From Scenedesmus sp. PABB004 (taxonomy: Eukaryota): DNA of 64,000 nt. Where the stretch lies: contig JABVCE010000005.1 in the NCBI GenBank assembly GCA_014905635.1, positions 1,178,001 to 1,242,000 on the forward strand. The letters are read 5' to 3'. Shown here piece by piece: positions 21,301-31,034 of the stretch; the stretch's first letter is position 1, and each line of letters opens with the position of its first letter. The translations under genes and the position numbers were made by a program. The notes beneath the pieces are model-generated. The model had not been told where the DNA came from. It made no database searches and saw only the letters and a program-made list of their open reading frames with translations.

Positions 21301-23331
21301 CTGCGGCGCCGCCCGCGCGGCGCCGCCGCGCGCGTCCCAGTGCGCGTCGCCGGGCGGGCCGTCGGGGGTGCCGCCGTAGCCCCGCTCCTCCTCCTCGTCC
21401 TCGGCGTCGGCGGCGGCGCCGTGCGGCGCCGCGCCCCCAACGGCGCCGGCGCCGTCGTGGCAGGCCGCGCCGGCGGGGCAGCCCCAGCCCTCGTCGGCGG
21501 GCGGCTGCTCCAGGTCCAGCGGCGGCGGCTGCTCGGGCTCGGGCGCGCGCTGCGGCGCCGCGGCGGCCGGGCGTGGCTCCGCCGCCTGCGGCGGCGTGCC
21601 CGGCGCGTCGCGCCACGCGTCCTGCGGCGGCGCCGGCCTGGCCGCCGCCGCGGCGGCCGCGTGCGCCGCCGCCTCCTGCTCCTTGAGGCGCTGCAGCCGC
21701 GGCGGCAGCAGCGAGCCGTCCGGCGCGCGCTGCCACGCCTTGCCGCCGGCGCGCTCGACGCGCGCGTGCCGCTCCGCGTCGAGCCACTCCGCCTCGGCGA
21801 ACGCGCCGCCGCCGGCGCCCTCCGCGCCGCCCTCAAAGTTCGCGTCCCACGCCGCCCACTCGTCCGGGTACGCGCCGCCGCCGCCACCGCCGCCGCCACC
21901 GCCGGCCCAGGGCTCGCCCGGCACAAACGCGCCGGGCGGCGGCGCGGCGGCGGCGTAGTCGGCGGCCGAGAAGGGCTGCCCGCCGTGGCGCATGTGCAGC
22001 AGGGTGTACAGGGGCTGCTTCATGAACGCCGGCGTGCGCTTGAACGAGATGTACGCCACGACCGCGAGGAAGAACGCAAAGCCGCCCCACATCGCAAACC
22101 TGGAGCGCCGCCGCGGGGAGGGCCGCCGCGGCGGTGGCGGCCGGGCGCGTGGGCGCGTGGGCGGGGGGGGGGGGGGGAGCAGGCGGGCGGGGCGCGGGCG
22201 CGAGGGCGCCGCGCCGGCGCCGGCGCCGGCAGCGTGGCGCACCGGTCCGCCATGCTCTGTGCCTTGATCGTGCCCAGCAGGCCGTGGCTCTGCTTGAACA
22301 CCGCGCGCTGCCCCGCGAGCTCGTCGCCGGCCTCGCCCAGGCGGCGGTTGCTGGCGGCTGCGCGCGCAGGGCGGGGCGGGCGCGGCGGCGCGGCGGGGGC
22401 GGTGCGGTGGGACGTGAGAGCGCGGCTGTGCCACCGCCAGCGTCGCCGCCTGCTGTTGCCTGCTGCCGCCTGGTGCAGCCTGCCCCGATGCCCGTGGCGC
22501 ACCAATGACTGAGATGTTGCCGTGCGTCTGCTCTAGGTTTTGGGCGATGAGCTGCTTGGTGCGGCGCAGGCTGGCGGTCACGTCCTGCGCGCCCTCCAGC
22601 GCCTCCTGCTCGCTCGCAAAGCGCTGCTGGCGCTGGCTGAAGTCCAGCGAGCCGATCAGCTCCTGGCGCTGCGGGCGCGCGCGCGGCGGCGCGGCGGCGC
22701 CGGCGCCGTGTGGGGATGCGCCGCGCGGGCTCCTGCGGTGGTGGCGGGCGCCGCGCTGCGCCGCGCCGCGCCGCGCCCCCCACCTGCTGCACGAACGACT
22801 GCTCCTTCCGCCGCGCAAACGAGATGCGCGCGTCCTGGAAGGCCTGGTGCGCCCTGCGCGCGGGCCGCGGCCGCGGGCGGCGGCGCGCTCGGCGCGGCCC
22901 GCATGCGCAGCGGCAGCGCCGCCGGCGGTTGCGACTCCGCCCCCACCTGTCGTACTCGGCCTGGTGGTGTGCCAGCACCGCCGCGACGCGCTGCGTCTGG
23001 TCCGGCCTGCGGGGAAGCCGGCGCGGGGCGCGTGAGGCGCGGGCCGCCCGCCGCCGGGCGGCGGTTGCGGCGGCAGCAGCAGCGGCGGCGCTCGCGCGCA
23101 CGTCTCCTGCTCCTCCGCAGCGTAGGCGAGGTCCTGCAGCGCCGAGCGGAGCCGCCGGAACGCCTCCTGCACGCGGGCCTCCAGCCCCGCCACCACGGCG
23201 CGCTGCACGCCCGCGTCCAGGGCGCCGAGCGCCGTGATGTCCTCCCAGGCGCCCGCCGTCAGCTGGCCGACGTGGCCGCTCAGCGCCGCCTCATAAGCGG
23301 GCAAGGGCGGCAGCTGCCCGCCGTTCTGCAT
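18307..23331 (-). CDS. SEC20: SEC20/BNIP1-like ER SNARE with a very long C-terminal (predicted luminal) low-complexity extension ending RDEL; 6 exons
   Basis: Spliced N-terminus contains RQELIG..AQDVTASLRRTKQLIAQNLEQTHGNISVI|AASNRRLGEAGDELAGQRAVFKQSHGLLGTIKAQSMADR (Sec20-type SNARE), then TM FAMWGGFAFFLAVVAYISFKR. Last exon 22099-18307 is open to ...GRDEL*. Confidence 0.8.
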   Translation of the reverse strand: MQNGGQLPPLPAYEAALSGHVGQLTAGAWEDITALGALDAGVQRAVVAGLEARVQEAFRRLRSALQDLAYAAEEQETCARAPPLLLPPQPPPGGGRPAPHAPRAGFPAGRTRRSASRRCWHTTRPSTTGGGGVATAGGAAAAHAGRAERAAARGRGPRAGRTRPSRTRASRLRGGRSSRSCSRWGARRGAAQRGARHHRRSPRGASPHGAGAAAPPRARPQRQELIGSLDFSQRQQRFASEQEALEGAQDVTASLRRTKQLIAQNLEQTHGNISVIGAPRASGQAAPGGSRQQQAATLAVAQPRSHVPPHRPRRAAAPAPPCARSRQQPPPGRGRRRARGAARGVQAEPRPAGHDQGTEHGGPVRHAAGAGAGAAPSRPRPARLLPPPPPPTRPRARPPPPRRPSPRRRSRFAMWGGFAFFLAVVAYISFKRTPAFMKQPLYTLLHMRHGGQPFSAADYAAAAPPPGAFVPGEPWAGGGGGGGGGGAYPDEWAAWDANFEGGAEGAGGGAFAEAEWLDAERHARVERAGGKAWQRAPDGSLLPPRLQRLKEQEAAAHAAAAAAARPAPPQDAWRDAPGTPPQAAEPRPAAAAPQRAPEPEQPPPLDLEQPPADEGWGCPAGAACHDGAGAVGGAAPHGAAADAEDEEEERGYGGTPDGPPGDAHWDARGGAARAAPQPQQPPPALGIMDPDAAPPPAGGAAGGAAGVHGGEWGDQAGAAAATEEDADEAEFVRAGAAEEEEERQHAAAARVHAEAAATAAAMQAAAAMEAAAEALRLSMPGQAEPDAAARGAPEQPPLAEAAHEQPPHAMPAPEPHAAPAQPLASEPEPAASVPQDAWEQPAHAAAPGEHVAALSEHAAAHSEHAATAEHAAAAHSEHAATGEHAAAPGEHAAAPSEHAAAAGDHAAAPSEHAAAAGDHAAAPSEHVAAPSEHAAAPGEHAAPGEHAAAPGEHAAAPGEHAATGEHAAAPGEHAAAPSEHAAAAGDHAAAPSEHAAAAGDHAAAPSEHVAAPSEHAAAPGEHAAPGEHAVAPGEHAAAPGEHAATGEHAAAPGEHAAPGEHTAAPGEHAAAPSEHAAAPSDMQPPQHVSEQLEPGHEAQGASQHAPLDAAVDQQPQEPEPSGGSLEQAAAAAAAAAAAAAVPAQPGGAEPDWQQEQPAAPADTAAAPAAEAAAVQPPELPGEHAPPAEAWQEPPPAAPEVEQQALEPAAATQQQAPEPAAAPEQRAPEPAALEQRALEQRAPEPAAAPEQWAPEPAATPEPATATEPAAAPEPSAPELPQGPAGGLAPEPGTFEQAAPPAASQPAAVPTEPAAAEPAQELAPEPAASAEVQAAAQEPPLPVVEGSAAQEPAAAAPAAVEPAAEEPAAAAEPAAAAVEPEHGEPAAAAATPPAGGLEAPDELGATGAERIQAALRARGEGLASRLLSRAKAAAAAQPERAAASAAAAAAAAQLHTAHAAAAAAPRRGAGSALLPGAAAASPVVMDLRPHEGTYHYFDSGYGDEDEEEEEYGGGPGGDAYGDDDDAAYGGGDPGGALDYAAEDADGGGGGGGAGAAPLPPGGTVRAGGRAAAREAAAAAAAEGGGGDGAGAGAGPAGGEASPEDAAELAELARLIEEEQAAAFTVMDMDDVGLYHEDPGADGAPPQRTLRLVPPAGGEAGEGGGEGGGDELGRDEL
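20091..20804 (-). repeat. Coding minisatellite: about 34 units of 18-24 bp encoding (E/D)HAAAP(G/S), with a 246-bp higher-order duplication
   Basis: Read directly from the sequence; the diagnostic variant cacatg recurs at 20305 and 20551 (246 bp = 12 units = 82 aa). Confidence 0.92.
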
Positions 23332-23612
23332 CGCGGCGCCTGCTCAGCGCAGTGCGCCCTGCTGTCCTGATGCTGCGAGCGTGCTCCAGCCCCGGGCGGT
23401 TGCCGCGCGGCCGCCCGATCCCGCGTACCCGGGTAGCTCTTACAGCGGCGGCCGGGGCGGCGAGCTGGCGGCGAGCCTGTTCCAGCGATGCGGCGGCGCA
23501 GCGGCGGCAGCAACCGCCGCGTCTCAGCGCAGCGCCGGCTGCCCGGTCACGCGGCCCTTGATGCCGGAGCCTCTCCCGCCGCCTGGCACTCGCACCTGCA
23601 GCCCCACTGCCC

Positions 23613-25903
23613 ATGGCGCTCGCCGCGCGCCGCCCGGCGCCGGCGGGTGCTGCTGCGGCCACGCTGCCGCGGGCCCGGCGCCAGCCGCGCCGCCGCCTGG
23701 CAGTGTCAGCGGCCGCACAGCCGCAGGCGCCACCATGCAGGCCGTCAGCGGCCGCTGCGCAGCCGGAGGCGCCAAGGCGGCCAGCGCTGGAGCCGCCGCC
23801 CTGCTACGACCGAGCCGCGGCGCGCGCGCTGGTGGCGCGGCAGCCGGCGCGGGCGGCGGCGCGCGTGCTGGAGCTCGCTGTCGCAGCGGCGCGGCTCGCG
23901 GCGCTGCCGCTGCGCCACGAGCGCGGCGGCGCGGCGTACGCGGCGGCGGCGCGCGGCACGGTGGCTGCGCTGGGACCGACGTGGGTCAAGGTTGCCCAGA
24001 CGCTGTCCATGCGCCCCGACGTCATCGGCGAGCCCCTCGCCGCGGCGCTCGCGGGCCTGCAGGAGGGCGCGCCGCCGTTTGACAGCGCCGCCGCGTTCGC
24101 CATCGTCACGCGCGAGCTCGGCGCGCCGCCGGAGGCGCTGTTTGCGGAGCTTTCGCCGCGCCCGGTCGCGTCGGCGTCGCTGTGCCAGGTGCACGCGGGC
24201 GTGCTCGCGTCCGACGGCCGCCGCGTCGCGGTCAAGGTGCAGCGCCCGGGGGTTTGGGCAAGCGTGCTGCTCGACCTCGGCCTGCTCGCGGCGGCGCTGG
24301 GCACGCTGCGGCGGGTCGCGCGCGTGCGGCAGGACATAACGCTCTGGGCGGACGCGCTCGGCGCCGGGCTCGCCGCGGAGCTCGACTTCGAGCACGAGGC
24401 GCGCAACCTGGAGCGCTTTGCGTCGGCGCACGCGCACCTCGGGTTCGTCACGACGCCGGCCGTGGTCTGGCGCTGCACGGGCACGCGCGTGCTGACGACG
24501 ACCTGGATCGACGGTGAAACGCCGGGCCAGCTCCTGCGGCGCGCGCGCGCCGAGCGCGGCGGCGCCGGCGCCGCCGGCCCCGGGGGCGGCGGCGCGCGCC
24601 CGGCCGCGGCGGCGCTGCTGGACCTCGTGGCCATGGGGCTCGACGCGAGCCTGTGCCAGCTGCTCGTCACGGGGGTGTTGCACGCCGACCCGCACGCCGG
24701 CAACTTCATGCTGACTCGTCACACGGGCCAGCTCGCATACCTGGATTTTGGACTGCTCGTCGACGTGCCGCCGCACGCGTCGCTGGTGCGCGGCGGCGGG
24801 GGCAGGGCGGCGCCGGCTGGCTGGCCGGGGGCAGGGCGGCGGCGAGGGCGCCGCGCCGGCGGCCGCGCGCTGCGGGCCCGCCCCAACCCCACCTCGGGGC
24901 CCCGCGCCGGCCGCAGGCGATGACGGCGGCGCTGCTGCACCTCGGGCTCGGTGACTGGCGGCGCCTCGCGGACGATCTGGGTGACATGGGGCTGCTGAAG
25001 GCAGCCACCGACCGCGACGCGCTCGCGGCCGACCTGCGCCGCCGCTTTGAGCAGCTCCCGGCGGGCGCGCCCGGGCGCGGCGGCCCCGGGGACGCGCCGC
25101 CGCCGTCGCTGCTGGCGCCGCGGCTGGGGTCGTACGGCGAGTTTGCGCGCGTGATCGCGTCGCTGTCGGTCGCGTACCGCTTTGAGCTGCCGCCGTATTA
25201 CACGTTGATCATCCGCTCGCTGTCCACGCTCGAGGGCTTTGCGCTGGCGGCCGACCCCGGCGCGGCGCAGCGCCTCGTGGGTGCTGCAGTGCGGGCGGTC
25301 GCGCGGCAGCTGCTCGCCGACGCGCGGCCCGGGGCGCAGCGGCTGCTGTCGCAGGTGTTGGCGGCGCCGGGCGGCGGCGGCGGCGGCGGCGGCGGCGGCC
25401 CGCTCAACCTGGCGCTCCTCGCGGAACTGCTGGAGCTTCTGCGCGAGCCGGCTCCGGGCGCCGGGGGCGGCCGGCGAGCAGCTGCAGCCGCGCCCGCGCC
25501 CCGGCAGCCAGTCGGCGCGTGGGCGGCGCTCGCGGCGTTCTCGCCGGCCGCGGTCGCGCGGCAGCTGCTGGCCGCGCCGCAGGCGGCCAACGTGCGGCGC
25601 GGGGTGGTTGAGCAGCTGGTCGCCTCGGCGTCGCGGCCCCGCCGGTGGCGAGCCCGGGGCGTGTGGGACGCGCTGCGCGCCGCCGCTGGCTGGCTGCGCG
25701 CCGCGGGGTGGGCAGGGCTCGCGCTGGCCGCGCAGCTGCTCGCCGCCACCGTCGCGGCCGCAGCGCGCGCGCGATGGCGAGGCAACCGACAAGCGTGCCC
25801 CCGTCAATCAACTGCCCGTTTCCAGGCCGGCGACGAGCTGGGACGCGCCCCATTCGGCAGTCCAGCGAACCGCGCCCCCGCACAACCGCCGCCGTCACGG
25901 TGA
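23613..25903 (+). CDS. ABC1/UbiB (ABC1K/COQ8-like) atypical kinase with probable organellar transit peptide
   Basis: LGPTWVKVAQTLSMRPD, PVASASLCQVH, VAVKVQRPG, ELDFEHEARN, LHADPHAGN, YLDFGL, FELPPYYTLIIRSLSTLEG. One intron 24786-24916. Confidence 0.92.
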
Positions 25904-26084
25904 GGCTCGGCCGCAGGTCAGCGACCCGCGTCGCAGGTTTGTGCAGTGTCGCACTGAGCTCAGCTGTCTTTCCGCCAGCTCGCGAGCTGCTGCCGGCCCT
26001 CGCACGCGTTGCCCAGGGGCCGGCCCCGTTTCTCCGTTGCCGCCCCGAGCGCACGACCGTGCGCGAGAGCGCCCGGCGTGCGCC

Positions 26085-28201
26085 ATGTCGGCCGCGGAGG
26101 CCGACGGCGGCAAGGGCGTGCTAACGTTTGCGCTGGCGCCGCGGCGCGGCGGCGACAAGGCCGGCGGCGACAAGCCCACGTCGACGGCGCTGCGCTACGT
26201 GTTGCCGGTCTCCGTGTACGCCATCGTGGCGGCCTTCGTGCTGCTCGGGTGGGGTGCAGGCAGCTGGAGCGGCGGGCGCATGAAGCCGGCGCCGGTTGAG
26301 GCTGGCATCCGGCCCCGCCTCGCGACCGCAATGGAGAAGCTCAGCGGGGCTGACCTGCAGTCGCTCCGGTTCCGCATGCTCGTCACCCAGCGCCCCGTGG
26401 TCCTCGCAACGTGCGTTGACTGCCCCTGCGGCATCGTCTGCGACCTGATCTCGGGTGCGCCGGCTGGCCGCGGCTGGCCGCGGCTGGCCGCGGCTGGCCG
26501 CAGCTCGCGCAGCTGGCCGCAGCTCGCGCAGCTGGCGCAGCGAGCTTTGTTCGAGCTGCCGCAAGCTCGCCTCGAGCCTGCCGCGCAGCTTGGCGCAGCC
26601 AAGCTGCCGGCAGCGCGCTCCGCGCGAGCGCGGCCGGGACGCAGCGCGCAGCACGCGCGGCGCGCGCTCACGCACGCCCCGCCGCCGAGCCCCGCGCGCC
26701 GCCGCGCAGAGAACCGGCTGTACGCGCCCGTGGAGTCGTGGCTGTTCGAGCACATCTGGAGCGTCACGCCCGCGCGCGAGCGCGTGCTCGTGGACGTCGG
26801 CGCCAACGTGGGCTACTTCAGCATGCTGTCCGCCGCCTGGGGCGCCAAGGCGCTCGCGTTTGAGCCCAACCCCGAGGCGCGGCGCCTGCTCGAGATCAGC
26901 GCCGCGCTGCAGCCCAACGTGCGCAACATCCGCGTCTTCCCCTACGCCATCGCGCACCGCGCCGGCACCGCGAGCGTCGCGGTGCCGCCGCGCGGCTGGG
27001 CGTTTGGGCAGGTGCGGCGCCGCGCGGCCGCCGGCGCCGCCGCGCCGCGCGTGGCGACCGCCGGCGCGCGCCCTGGCCTGGCCGGCGGCGCGACGCCCCG
27101 CCCCCGCCCCCGCCGCGGCGCGGCGCGGCGCGGCGCGGCGCGGCGCGGCGCCAGGTGGAGCTGGCCAAGAACCCCAAGAAGGACAGGGAGGCCGAGCAGG
27201 GCGGCGGCGACGGCGACAACGCCGCCGCCGCCGACGACGACGACGCGCCGCCGACGTACGGCACCACGCTCAAGGCGGTGACGCTCGCTGACTACGTGCG
27301 CGGCCCGGTGACCATTCTCAAGGCGCGCACACGCGGCGCGCTGGCGCAGCGCGCCCCGCGCGCCGACCCTTGGGCAGGCGGCAGGCGGCTGGCGCGCGCG
27401 CCCGAGGGTGGCGCAGCGGCCCGGCCCATGTGCACGCGCGGCCGCATGCGCGCCTGCGCGCGCAGGTCGACACCGAGGGCTCCGAGGCCGGCGTGTTTGA
27501 GGGCGCGTGGGAGGTGCTGCCCAACGTGCAGTACCTCATCACTGGTGCGGCGCGGGCGCACACCCGGGGGGTGGGGGACCAAGCGCAGCGCGGCGCCTGC
27601 GGAAGCCCTGGCCGCCGCGCCGGCGCTCGCCTCGGCCTCACCTCAAGCCCCCTCCCCCCCCCCCCCCCCCACACACACACACGCCACACACAAAAACGCT
27701 CTGCGCGGCCAGAGGTCAAGGACGTCAACGAGCCAGCCAAGCGCGAGCTGCTGCGCGAGATCATGCGCGTCGGGTGCGCGGCACCGCGCGCACGCGCACG
27801 GCCGCGCGGCGCCGCGCCGGCCCCCTCGTGTCCCTGACCGCCGCCGCTGGCGCCGCCGCCGTCGCCGCCGCGCAGGGGGTTCCGGCACGTGTACAACTAC
27901 AAGGAGATCTACGCGGCCACGCAGCAGTGCGTTCTTTGGGGGGGGGGGGGGGAGGGCGGGCGCCGCGCGAGGGCCCGCCCCGCGCGTGGCAGCGCGCCCA
28001 CGCGGTCACGGCCCCTGCCCCGCGCGCTCACCCCCCGCGCGCCGCACATGCGTCAGGTACCCGCCGCCGGGCGCAACGCTGGTGGACGTCAGCGCGCAGG
28101 TCGCGAAGAAGGGCGGCGACGCGGCGGCGCTGGCGCACGAGAGCTTTGCGTTTTCGCGCAGCCCCCTCGACGCGGCGCTGCCCATCACGGCCCCGCAGTG
28201 A
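26085..28201 (+). CDS. FkbM-family SAM-dependent methyltransferase with N-terminal membrane anchor, 7 exons
   Basis: TM (YVLPVSVYAIVAAFVLLGWG), VDVGANVGYFS, AFEPNP, VTLADYV..ILK|VDTEGSE. Confidence 0.88.
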
Positions 28202-28751
28202 CGCCACCGCGGCGGCGGGGGCGCGCGGGCGGGGGCGGGGGAGGGGCAGGCGTAACTAGGGGGCGCGCGGGCGCGCGCATGGGAAGCAGGCGTGCGGGGG
28301 ACGGGGCTCCCTGGCCCCGGGAACTGGCGGCGGCGGCAAACGGGGGAGCCGGCGATGGTGGTGATCTGTTGCACGCCGCGCGACGGCATTCCTCGCAAAC
28401 AGAAAGCTCGCTGTGCGTTGCCGCGCAGCGCGGGTAATGCGTGACGCACGCAGCGAGGCTGACACGCCAAGGCAGGCCCGCACCCGCGCCCAACGTCAGA
28501 GGCGGCAGGCGTCAAGACCCGATCGGGTCGGGTCTCGCGAGTGCCACCCGCGCCCGCCAGGCACGGCAAGCCCCGCCCCCGCCAAGAGATGGGCCTGTCA
28601 TCATCCTGCAGGCAGCTGCTGCCGCACAATAGGCTCCCCCCCCCTCGCTCCTCGCCACGCCGCCGCCGCGCCCCTCCCCGACCCCCCGCGCGCTGGCGCG
28701 CAATTCGCGCGTCCCTCCTGCTGCCCCGTCGTCGCTCCTGCCCCCCTCCCC

Positions 28752-30692
28752 TCACTCGCCCTTGTGGCGTGCGGTGTCGTCGGCGCCGCGCGCGGCCGTC
28801 GCGTGCTCCGCCAGCACGCCCGCGAGCGTGCCCGCCGCCACGAAGGCGGCGGCGGACAGAAAGGCAGCCTGCCCGCCCGCGCGCTGCATGATCACACCCC
28901 CCGCCAGCCCGCCCAGGCCTGAGGACGGGCGGCCAGAGGGGCGGGCACCGTGGCCGTGAGCTGGCCCAGCGCGGCGCGGCGCGGCGCGGCGCGGCTCCGC
29001 CCCGCACCCGCGCCCACTCCGCCGTACGCGGCCTGCCAAAGGCTCTGCATGGACGCAGAGAGATGGGGTGGCGCGAGCGAGCTCGCGTGCACGGTCGCGG
29101 TGCTCCAGAAAAGCCCAAACGTGATGCCTGCGGGGGGCGCGCCGCGCGCGGCGTCGGCCGCCGCCTGGACGCGCGGCCGCGCCGCGCGCTCCCGCGGCCG
29201 CGGGCGCAGGCGCCGCGCACCGTGCGTCAGCTCGATCGGCAGCAGCGCCCAGGCCAGGCCGCCCGGGCCCGCCGCGGGCAGCGCCCCATAGGCCGCCAGC
29301 CGCGCCGCCGTCACCGCCAGCGCGGCCGCGAGCAGCGCCGGCGGCCCGCCCAGCGGCGCCGCCGCGCGCAGCGCCGCGCCGCCCGCCGCAAACGCGGGCA
29401 CCTCGGTCGCCACGTTGGCCTGCCACGGCGCGGCGCGGCGCGGCGCAGGGTGGGCGAGTGCGGGGCGGGCGGAGCCAGCCAGCCGCCTGGGCGCCGCCGC
29501 GGCGCCGGCGCCGCACCAGCAGCGCGAGGCCCATCAGCGTCTCGGGCGCGCCGAGCTCTTTCAGCCAGATGAAGTTGCAGGTGGCCATGTGGCCCATGGC
29601 AAAGCCAGAGAGGCCGGCAAACCACAAGAACACGGCCACGCGCGGCTCAGCCAGCAGGCCGCGCAGGCCCGGCGCCGACGGCTCCGCCGCGCCGCGCCGG
29701 GCGGCGGGGGCGGCGGCGCGCGCCGCCGCCAGCGCCCGCCCCGGCGGCGGCTGCGGCTGCGGCTGCGGCGCGGGCGGGGAGTAGCTGTAGCGCAGCGACG
29801 CGCCCACGGCCAGCAGCGGCAGCGAGCACGCGGCGTAGGGCACAAACGCGGCCGACAGGCCCGCGTGCTGCACGAGCCAGCCGGCAGGCAGCGCGGCGAG
29901 GCCCCAGCCGATCGACGCCCACTTGCGGACGGCGCCGTAGTCGCCCTCCTGCGCGGCGGCAGCGGCGGCGGCGGCGCGCGCGCGCTCGGCTGCGCGCGGC
30001 TGGCCGGCACTGCCCCTCCCCCCCCCCACACACACACACACGCCGCCCCCCGGCGCCCCGGCGCCCTCGGCGTGCGCGGCTCACGCTGGTGCAGTTGGAC
30101 ATGATGGTCGCGTCGGCCAGCACGTTGGCGGGCGCGCCCGCGACGTCCGCCGCGAGCAGCAGGCCGACGAGCAGCGCGCCGCCGCCCGCGAGCGGGGCGC
30201 AGCTGCGCAGCGCCGCGGACGCCGCCGCGGCGGCGAGCAGGAGCGGCGCGTGCGCGCGCGCCGCGTCGGCGGCGCGGCTCGCGCCGACGCCGGTGGGCGC
30301 GGCGAGCAGGGGCCGCAGCGCCGCCAGCAGGCCGAGCGCCTGGGGGCCGAGGCCGCGCTCCTGGGCCAGGAAGAGGTTTAAATAGGGAAACACAAACGCG
30401 CCCGACGCGCCCGACAAGAAGCTGTACGCTTTTGCCAGTGCCAGCTGCTGCGCCCGCGCCGCCGCCGGCGCCGGCGGCGCCGGCTCCTGCTGCTCCTGCG
30501 GCGGCGACTGGCGCAGGGGCTTGGGGCTGCCGCTGCTTCTGCCGCTGCTGCTTCTGCCGCTGTCGCTGCGCGGGCGCGGCGGACGAGCAGCCCGGCGGCG
30601 GCGGCCAGCGCGCGCACGCGGCGCGGCGGCGCCGGTGCCGGCAGTGGCGCGCTGCTGGTGATGCGCTGGCTCCCTAGTGAGCGGGGCGCCAT
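28752..30692 (-). CDS. Major facilitator superfamily transporter (MFS_1-like/MFSD6-like); apparent 1-nt frameshift near 30525
   Basis: LAKAYSFL..FVFPYLNLFL..GLGPQALGLLAALRP, LADATIM, EGDYGAVRKWASIGWG, FIWLKELGAPETLMG, ELTH|GITFGLFWS, GGLAGG; 4 GT-AG introns. Start codon uncertain. Confidence 0.8.
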
Positions 30693-31034
30693 GGCAGGTG
30701 CGCCAGGGGCGCCGGCGTGCGGGCGGCCGCCGCCGCGCCCGGTCAGCAGCGCAGATTTCTGGCAAAAGCGAGTGCTGGCGGCGTGTGGCCAGGCTGGGCG
30801 CGTGCAGTGGGGTCTGGAGGCACGGCCGTCGGGGGCGGAGGCCTCGCAGAGCCAGCCAGTGACAGTTTTAACAGCGTCTCGCCGTCAAATTTCTTGCTCC
30901 TTCCCTCTCGAGCAACCCTGCATCACCCCGCACTCGCGTCACCCGCTGACCGCGCGCCACAGCACTGGCCGGCTGCCAGCCTGGCAGCGGCGGCGGCACG
31001 AGCAGCGTGGCGCTGCTGCTGCCGCGTCCCCGCC

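Noticed and set aside
26456..26545. 10-bp tandem repeat (cggctggccg)n in FkbM intron 1, and a similar repeat at 53640-53760
   Set aside because: Simple intronic slippage repeats with no evidence of function or mobility.
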